In this document: one piece after another, positions 26,629 to 31,824 of the stretch
Numbering within the stretch: position 1 is the first letter of the stretch
Layout: every line of letters begins with the position of its first letter
Assembly (NCBI GenBank): GCA_030586765.1
Contig: JAUQZZ010000003.1
Location: forward strand, 1-31,824
From: Candidatus Brocadiales bacterium
GTDB lineage: Bacteria > Planctomycetota > Brocadiia > Brocadiales > Bathyanammoxibiaceae
DNA length: 31,824 nt
Direction of reading: 5' to 3'
Notes under the pieces: generated by a model
Database searches by the model: none
Told to the model about the DNA's origin: nothing
What the model saw: only the letters and a program-made list of their open reading frames with translations
Position numbers and translations under genes: made by a program

Positions 26629-27275
26629 GACTGCCTGTTTCCCCATATGCCTTGCAGGAGTTGTTCATGTTTAGCGCCTTTTTATCCCTTGCCATAGGGT
26701 ACTCTCTTAGGGTCTTTCCTTGGTTAAGTATCCTTTGCATCCTTGCTTTGGCCTTCCTCTGGTATTTCTTCAGGGACCCAGAGAGGGTCATTTTGAGGTC
26801 CAATAGCAGGCTCCTTTCCCCTGCTGACGGTAGGGTGGTGGAGATTGCCTCAGTGAAGGAGGATGATTTTCTAAAGGGTGAGGCCTTGAAGATAGGTGTC
26901 TTTATGTCCCTCTTTGATGTCCATGTAAACAGGATGCCCTGCAGTGGCAGGGTAGAGTTCTTGGCGCATCGGAACGGACGTTTTTTTGATGCCCGTAGTC
27001 CCGAGGCCTCCATACGGAATGAGTGTAAACTAATAGGCCTTGTGGCCGATGGCGGCAAGAAATTTCTGGTGAAGCAGATTGCAGGCCTGGTGGCCAGGCG
27101 GATCGTTTGTCCCTTGAACATAGGGGACCACCTGGAGCAGGGGCAAAGGTTTGGTATGGTAAAATTCGGCTCCAGGGTGGAACTCTATATACCCAAGGAC
27201 CAGCCCGTTCATATAAGGGTGAGGGAAGGCCAGAAGGTCAAGGCCGGGATAACCGTCCTGGCAGAACTTATCTAA
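26625..27275 (+). CDS. psd: Phosphatidylserine decarboxylase proenzyme, short (archaetidylserine decarboxylase-like) type
   Basis: 216 aa with N-terminal membrane helices. Contains LSPADGRVVEI, SLFDVHVNRMPCSGRV and the self-cleavage-site context KFGSRVELY. Confidence 0.85.
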   Translation: MRLPVSPYALQELFMFSAFLSLAIGYSLRVFPWLSILCILALAFLWYFFRDPERVILRSNSRLLSPADGRVVEIASVKEDDFLKGEALKIGVFMSLFDVHVNRMPCSGRVEFLAHRNGRFFDARSPEASIRNECKLIGLVADGGKKFLVKQIAGLVARRIVCPLNIGDHLEQGQRFGMVKFGSRVELYIPKDQPVHIRVREGQKVKAGITVLAELI

Positions 27276-27333
27276 GGATGTCGAGACCTCTGAAAGTCAG
27301 TCAACCGGGCTAGGGGGGTCATGCCAGAGGCAG

Positions 27334-27413
27334 ATCCGCCTTAGGCGGATGCGGCCCTGGAAAGGCGCTAGACCTGCATATGGCACGGGGCCGCCTATCC
27401 ATTTTCTACTCTT
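27334..27413 (+). terminator. Two adjacent GC-rich hairpins plus a U-rich tail downstream of psd (candidate terminator or structured RNA)
   Basis: ATCCGCC-TTA-GGCGGAT (27334-27350) is a perfect 7-bp stem. GCGGCCC (27351-27357) pairs with GGGCCGC (27388-27394). CTATCCATTTTCTACTCTT follows. Confidence 0.3.
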
Positions 27414-27415
27414 GA

Positions 27416-27424
27416 TGTTATAAT
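27416..27424 (+). promoter_or_regulatory. Extended -10 promoter element upstream of the SDR-ribE-pdxA-rsmA gene string
   Basis: TGTTATAAT matches TGnTATAAT. No good -35 is present. It lies only 18 nt upstream of TTG 27442, implying a very short leader. Confidence 0.4.
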
Positions 27425-27441
27425 AAAAAGGTCTTGTCACC

Positions 27442-28200
27442 TTGAGACTGAAAAATAAAGTGGCCCTCATTAGCGGTGGTGGGACGGGGATAGGTAAGGC
27501 CACCGCCTTACTTTTTTCAAGAGAGGGGGCGAAGGTTGCCATATCAGGTAGGAGAAAAGAGCCCCTGGAAGAAACCGTCTCCGAGATTAATACCTCAGGC
27601 GGAAAGGCTGTCCTTATCCAGGGAGATGTCTCCGTGGTAAAGGAAGCCAAGGCCATGGTAGATAAATCGGTGAAGGCCTTTGGCAGACTGGATATCCTGG
27701 TTAATAATGCCGGTGTGGATTATAAACCTGGCAACATCCCAGAGACAGAGGAAGAAGAATGGGATGTTACAATGGATATCAACGTAAAGGGAGTATACCT
27801 CCTGAGCAAGTTTGCTGTACCCGAGCTGGAAAAGACCAGGGGGAACATCATAAATATCTCCTCCGTTATAGGTATGGTGGGTTGTCCTGGTGCCATAGCC
27901 TATACCACCTCTAAGGGTGCGGTGTTGAATCTTACCAGGAGTATGGCCATAGACCTGGCACCAAGGATTCGTGTGAATTGTATCTGCCCGGGTATTGTAG
28001 ATACCCCCATGGCCAGGAGGTGGATAGGGAGGGCAAAAGAACCTGAGGCCCTTCTGCGGAAGGTCCTCGAGGACTATCCCCTGGGAAGGATGGGCCAGCC
28101 CGAGGACATAGCCTACGCAGCCCTATACTTTGCCTCTGAGGAGGCAGGCTGGGTTACAGGGGCTGTCCTGCCAGTGGATGGTGGGTTTACAGCGGGATAG
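27442..28200 (+). CDS. Classical short-chain dehydrogenase/reductase, substrate unknown
   Basis: 252 aa with a TTG start. Carries SGGGTGIGKA, NNAG, the S..YTTSK catalytic motif and PGIVDTPM. Confidence 0.85.
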   Translation: MRLKNKVALISGGGTGIGKATALLFSREGAKVAISGRRKEPLEETVSEINTSGGKAVLIQGDVSVVKEAKAMVDKSVKAFGRLDILVNNAGVDYKPGNIPETEEEEWDVTMDINVKGVYLLSKFAVPELEKTRGNIINISSVIGMVGCPGAIAYTTSKGAVLNLTRSMAIDLAPRIRVNCICPGIVDTPMARRWIGRAKEPEALLRKVLEDYPLGRMGQPEDIAYAALYFASEEAGWVTGAVLPVDGGFTAG

Positions 28201-28207
28201 AGGAGAC

Positions 28208-28852
28208 ATGTTTACAGGTATAATTGAGACGATGGGCAAGGTAGCCGAGGTTAGCAGGGCAAGCCAGGGGGGTAGGTTATGGGTACATGTGGGCCCCCTG
28301 GCAAAAGAGCTGAGGGTAGGGGATAGCCTATCCATTGACGGGGTTTGCCTCACAGTGGTGGCTGTTAAGGGCGACGTGGTAAACTTCGATGTCTCCCAGG
28401 AGACCTTTAAACGCTCTACCCTGGGCGAACTAAGGCCAGGCGATAAGGTAAATATTGAAAGGGCCCTCAGGGTAGGTGACCGCCTGGGAGGACACTTCGT
28501 CCAGGGCCACGTGGACGGCACAGCCGCCATTAAGAAAAAGGAGGAAGGCCAGGGACAGTGCACCATGTGGTTTTCTGTAGGAAAGGAACTCTCTCAGAAC
28601 ATGTTGGAGAAGGGTTCTGTGGCTGTGGATGGGGTAAGTCTGACTGTAGTGGATATAGCCCCTTCAGTCTTCTCGGTGGTACTGATCCCCCACACCCTGA
28701 CAAATACAACCCTTGGCCTGAAAAAGATAGGCGATAGGGTGAACGTAGAGACAGACATCCTGGGCAAGTGGGTGAGAAGGCTCCAGGCCGCATGGACAGG
28801 TAGGGAAGAGGGACTTACCAAAGAGGTGCTCAGGGCCAAGGGCTTCGAATAA
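28208..28852 (+). CDS. ribE: Riboflavin synthase (alpha chain)
   Basis: Frame of ORF 28130..28852. The start is moved to ATG 28208, which has an AGGAG SD at 28201-28205. Begins MFTGIIETMGKV and contains two lumazine-binding repeats (GDSLSIDGVCLTV and GSVAVDGVSLTV). Confidence 0.9.
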   Translation: MFTGIIETMGKVAEVSRASQGGRLWVHVGPLAKELRVGDSLSIDGVCLTVVAVKGDVVNFDVSQETFKRSTLGELRPGDKVNIERALRVGDRLGGHFVQGHVDGTAAIKKKEEGQGQCTMWFSVGKELSQNMLEKGSVAVDGVSLTVVDIAPSVFSVVLIPHTLTNTTLGLKKIGDRVNVETDILGKWVRRLQAAWTGREEGLTKEVLRAKGFE

Positions 28853-28853
28853 T

Positions 28854-29846
28854 ATGGAGAAGGTTAGCAGAAAGATAATAGGTATCACCATGGGCGACCC
28901 CTGCGGCATAGGGCCAGAGGTAGTGTTAAAGGCTATGGCCTCTAAAGAACTTTCTCACGAGGGCCCCTTGCTAATAATCGGTTCGGAGGCTGTGCTTCGG
29001 GAGACGGCTAAGGGTCTGAAGCTACCTCTTGAGCCCGAGGGCAGAGACGTAGAGGTCCTTGACCTGGATAACTTTGACCTGGAAGGGCTGGGCTTAAGGG
29101 CCCCCAGCAAAGAAGCTGGTAAGGCCTCCATCGAATACATCTTCAGGGGGATAGACCTGGCCCTCAGAGGGGATATAGGGGCCCTTGTGACGGCTCCCAT
29201 AAGCAAGGAGGCCATCCGCATGGCGGGTTACCCTTACTCAGGGCATACCTCCATCTTGAAAGAGCTCACAGGTGCTCCCAGGGCAGTTATGATGATGCTT
29301 GGAGGTAATCTCCGTGTCTCCTTTGTCACTATCCACATACCTTTAAAAGAAGTCCCAGCGCTAATTAACACGGAGGACATACTTTCTGCTATAAGAATCA
29401 CCACCCGTGGCCTTAGGGAACTTTTCTCCATTTCTGAGCCCAGGCTGGTAGTCTGCGCCCTTAATCCCCACGCAGGAGAAGGGGGCTTGATGGGTTCTGA
29501 GGAGGAAGAGATAGTTCTGCCTGCTGTAATGCAAGCACAGGAGGAGGAAATTAACTGTGTGGGACCTATGGCCTCGGATGTGGCCTTTTATAAGGCCTCC
29601 CAGGGGGAGTTCGATGCAGTAGTATCTCTCTATCATGACCAGGGCACCATTCCCATAAAACTTCTTGCCTTCCAGAGGGGTGTCAATCTTACCCTTGGTA
29701 TTTCCATAGTGCGAACCTCTCCCACCCACGGTACGGCCTTTGATATTGCAGGGAAGGGTATAGCAGACCCAGGCTCCATGCTAGAGGCAATTAAGGTGGC
29801 GGGTCACCTCTCAAGACTTGGTAGGCCTTTGGTGGCCTACTACTAA
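28854..29846 (+). CDS. pdxA: PdxA-family 4-hydroxythreonine-4-phosphate dehydrogenase
   Basis: 330 aa. Contains ITMGDPCGIGPEV, YSGHTS, LNPHAGEGG, YHDQG and SPTHGTAFDIAG. Confidence 0.85.
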   Translation: MEKVSRKIIGITMGDPCGIGPEVVLKAMASKELSHEGPLLIIGSEAVLRETAKGLKLPLEPEGRDVEVLDLDNFDLEGLGLRAPSKEAGKASIEYIFRGIDLALRGDIGALVTAPISKEAIRMAGYPYSGHTSILKELTGAPRAVMMMLGGNLRVSFVTIHIPLKEVPALINTEDILSAIRITTRGLRELFSISEPRLVVCALNPHAGEGGLMGSEEEEIVLPAVMQAQEEEINCVGPMASDVAFYKASQGEFDAVVSLYHDQGTIPIKLLAFQRGVNLTLGISIVRTSPTHGTAFDIAGKGIADPGSMLEAIKVAGHLSRLGRPLVAYY

Positions 29847-29885
29847 GGCGTTAAGGGCCTTCCTGAACCTAAAGGTGGATGGCAC

Positions 29886-30800
29886 ATGACCGTAGCACCC
29901 ATTCCCCTTACACCATCGGCACTAAGGGCCGCCTTTCAAGAAAGGGGCATCATCCCAAAGAAAGGGCTAGGTCAGAATTTCCTTATAGACCAGAATATTC
30001 TCCACGTGATAGTGGAGGCCGCAGGGCTGGAAAAATCTGACCTAGTACTGGAGATAGGTACTGGGGTGGGTTCCCTAACCATGTTTCTAGCTGAGAAGGT
30101 CTATAAGGTCCTTTCTGTAGAGATAGACACAAGGCTTTTTAATTATGCTAAGGCGGGCCTGACGTCCTATGCGAATATCTATCTGCTAAACAGGGATATC
30201 CTCAGGTCCAAGACCACCATTGACCAGCAGGTGGAAGACCAGCTTAAGGACTGGCTCCAGGAAGGGGGCTTGAGGCTGAAGGTAGTAGCCAATCTGCCCT
30301 ATCACATCAGCACCCCTGTGATAATAGCCCTCCTGGAGGGGAATCTGCCTATAGAGCTAATGGTTCTTACTCTACAAAGGGACATCGTGGACAGGCTGAT
30401 GGCTAGTCCAGGCACCAAGGACTACGGTATCCTCTCCGTGGTGGCTCGTGTCTTTTCTGAGATAGAGGTGCTGAGGACCCTTCCTCCTGAGGTATTTTGG
30501 CCTGAGCCTCAGGTGGAATCTGCAATAGTAAGACTTCACGTAAGAAAGGAGGAGGCCTGTAGGAAGATATCCAACTACGGTCTTTTCAGCAGGCTTGTAA
30601 GGGGGGTGTTTCAAACCAGGAGAAAGATCCTCCTTAACAGCCTTCTTATGCTGGGCATACCCTCCTTGAGCAAGGAGGCTGCACTAGAGATGCTCAGGAG
30701 GTTGGACGTCCACCCCCAGGCAAGGGGGGAGGCATTGCCCTTAGAAGGGTTTATTGCCCTGGCTAAAGAACTAGAACTCTTTGGGAAAGAGGAGGGGTAA
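29886..30800 (+). CDS. rsmA: 16S rRNA (adenine1518/1519-N6)-dimethyltransferase
   Basis: 304 aa. Contains LGQNFL, the SAM site EIGTGVGSLT and NLPYHISTP. The classic pdxA-ksgA adjacency is present. Confidence 0.9.
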   Translation: MTVAPIPLTPSALRAAFQERGIIPKKGLGQNFLIDQNILHVIVEAAGLEKSDLVLEIGTGVGSLTMFLAEKVYKVLSVEIDTRLFNYAKAGLTSYANIYLLNRDILRSKTTIDQQVEDQLKDWLQEGGLRLKVVANLPYHISTPVIIALLEGNLPIELMVLTLQRDIVDRLMASPGTKDYGILSVVARVFSEIEVLRTLPPEVFWPEPQVESAIVRLHVRKEEACRKISNYGLFSRLVRGVFQTRRKILLNSLLMLGIPSLSKEAALEMLRRLDVHPQARGEALPLEGFIALAKELELFGKEEG

Positions 30801-30802
30801 CT

Positions 30803-31294
30803 ATGGAAGTAAGAGAAACGGACCTTCCAGCCATAGGTAAGAAGTTTACCATAGAGACGGAATCAGGCGAGACGGTAGTGGTAGTGGTTCATCATACTGG
30901 TGAGAGGGAGGTGTATCGCTTTACTGAGAAGGAGAAAGAGGAACCTGCCTCAGTAACCAATCTCACAGAGGAAGAGGCAAGGACCATCGGTTCCATCCTG
31001 GCTGGGACATATTTCCAGCCTGTGCCAGAAAAGTCCATGGAGTTAGTGATGAAGGAGATGGCCATGGAGTGGATAAAGGTAGAACCCCACTCCAAACTGG
31101 CCAATAAGACCATAGGAGAGCTAGCTATAAGGAAAAAGACAGGGGTATCCGTTATCTCTATCTTGAGGGAAGGCAAGGCCATTCCCAATCCCCTACCTTC
31201 AGAAAGGATACACGAAGGAGATACCCTTATAGTGGTAGGCAACAGTGGACAGATAAGTAAATTTCTGAGCTTTATCGGCAAGCCCAGGGAATAG
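30803..31294 (+). CDS. KhtT/YhaT-like regulatory subunit of a cation:proton antiporter (TrkA-C domain)
   Basis: 163 aa. The N-terminus ETDLPAIGKKFTIETESGE...REVYRF and a C-terminal RCK_C-like segment (IGELAIRKKTGVSVISILREG...GDTLIVVG) closely parallel B. subtilis KhtT as I remember it. Confidence 0.7.
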   Translation: MEVRETDLPAIGKKFTIETESGETVVVVVHHTGEREVYRFTEKEKEEPASVTNLTEEEARTIGSILAGTYFQPVPEKSMELVMKEMAMEWIKVEPHSKLANKTIGELAIRKKTGVSVISILREGKAIPNPLPSERIHEGDTLIVVGNSGQISKFLSFIGKPRE

Positions 31295-31296
31295 AG

Positions 31297-31824
31297 ATGG
31301 ATGTACACACTATAATCTTTGAGATGGGCATTACCTGCTTTATCCTCTTCTTAAGCGGGTTACTGGCCAGTAAGATGCGCCTCTCCCTTATCCCCCTCTA
31401 TATCCTGGCGGGCCTTGTCCTGGCAAGGGTTGTCAGGCCTAACATGGTCTTAGAATTTATGGCCGAGATAGGCGTAATTCTCCTCCTCTTTGTTATAGGG
31501 CTAGAATTCTCCTTTGGGAGTTTCATAAAGAATAAAGAAAGGTTTCTTGCAGGCGGCTTCCTTGACTTAGTATTTAACCTTCCTTTAGGATTTCTGGCGG
31601 GTCAGGCCCTAGGCCTGGATATTATTACCTCCCTCTTTCTGGCAGGGATAGTGTATATAAGCAGTTCTGCAATAATAGGCAAAAGTATTGTGGACCTGGA
31701 CAGGGCAGCCTTCCCTGAGACGGAGTACCTCTTAGGCATCCTGGTCTTTGAAGACATATTTATGGCCCTTTATCTAGCGGCCCTTTCAGGGATAGTTACC
31801 CTTGGCAAGCCAGACGTGCTTCAT
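31297..31824 (+). CDS. CPA2-family (KefB/KhtU-like) cation:proton antiporter, N-terminal part (runs off the right window edge)
   Basis: Absent from the ORF track. My own translation from ATG 31297 gives MDVHTIIFEMGITCFILFLSG...AEIGVILLLFVIGLEFSF...LGILVFEDIFMALYL. This is polytopic and carries CPA2-type motifs, and it starts 2 nt after the KhtT-like stop. Confidence 0.8.
   Translation, partial: MDVHTIIFEMGITCFILFLSGLLASKMRLSLIPLYILAGLVLARVVRPNMVLEFMAEIGVILLLFVIGLEFSFGSFIKNKERFLAGGFLDLVFNLPLGFLAGQALGLDIITSLFLAGIVYISSSAIIGKSIVDLDRAAFPETEYLLGILVFEDIFMALYLAALSGIVTLGKPDVLH

Noticed and set aside
27305-27399. Possible SRP (4.5S) RNA or known riboswitch (FMN, TPP, guanidine, ZTP) in the GC-rich spacer
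   Set aside because: A GGAA loop is present (CCCU-GGAA-AGG), but the universally conserved SRP GGAAG..AGCA context is absent. None of the riboswitch core sequences I can recall is present on either strand. I kept it only as an unclassified structured region.
27297-27656. 119-aa minus-strand ORF covering the GC-rich spacer and the SDR N-terminus
   Set aside because: It is antisense to the TGxxxGxG region of a clear SDR, it has no SD, and its composition is shadow-frame-like.
30892-31308. 138-aa minus-strand ORF
   Set aside because: It is antisense to the clearly KhtT-like gene and has no signals of its own.
1-31824. Search for CRISPR repeats, tRNA/rRNA genes, transposase or integrase genes, defence-system genes and long direct repeats
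   Set aside because: Reading both strands, I saw no periodic repeat-spacer pattern, no T-loop/D-loop tRNA signatures in non-coding gaps and no recombinase-like ORFs. All ORFs longer than about 100 aa outside shadow frames are assigned to metabolic or housekeeping families. A computational repeat and tRNA scan would be needed for certainty.

Overview
This is a chromosomal, housekeeping-rich segment of a diderm bacterium, indicated by LpxD, HtrA and an E. coli-like rpmF-plsX-fabHDG-acpP-fabF cluster. It also carries several modules typical of archaea or deep-branching anaerobic thermophiles. On the minus strand lie a 3'-truncated htrA, a complete A/V-type ATPase operon (G/H-like, I, K, E, C, F, A, B, D) preceded by an MTH1187-family gene, and a three-gene operon encoding a GltD/NfnB-like::ferredoxin::MvhD fusion, MetV and MetF. 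The same strand also carries an 84-aa membrane protein, the fab/plsX/rpmF cluster, a DUF2284 gene and a bifunctional FBP aldolase/phosphatase. On the plus strand lie nadB, lpxD, an MBL-fold hydrolase, a YkgJ-like Cys-cluster protein coupled to an archaeal-type Psd, an SDR, ribE, pdxA, rsmA, and a KhtT-like gene with a 3'-truncated CPA2 antiporter. I recognised no rRNA, tRNA, CRISPR array, transposase or integrase. Intergenic regions are AT-rich and carry near-consensus sigma70-type promoters, and GTG/TTG starts and short gene overlaps are frequent. The most interesting item is the metVF operon, whose partner is a single NAD(P)H-type flavoprotein fused to MvhD rather than the hdrABC+mvhD or rnfC2 partners of characterised enzymes. 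This may be an uncharacterised class of methylene-THF reductase. Secondary items are a full Na+-binding signature in the duplicated ATPase proteolipid, a 13-mer shared at -35 regions, a 16-bp hairpin in the rpmF leader, an operator-like palindrome, and one GC-rich structured spacer. All calls rest on reading the sequence and on remembered family motifs. No searches were run.
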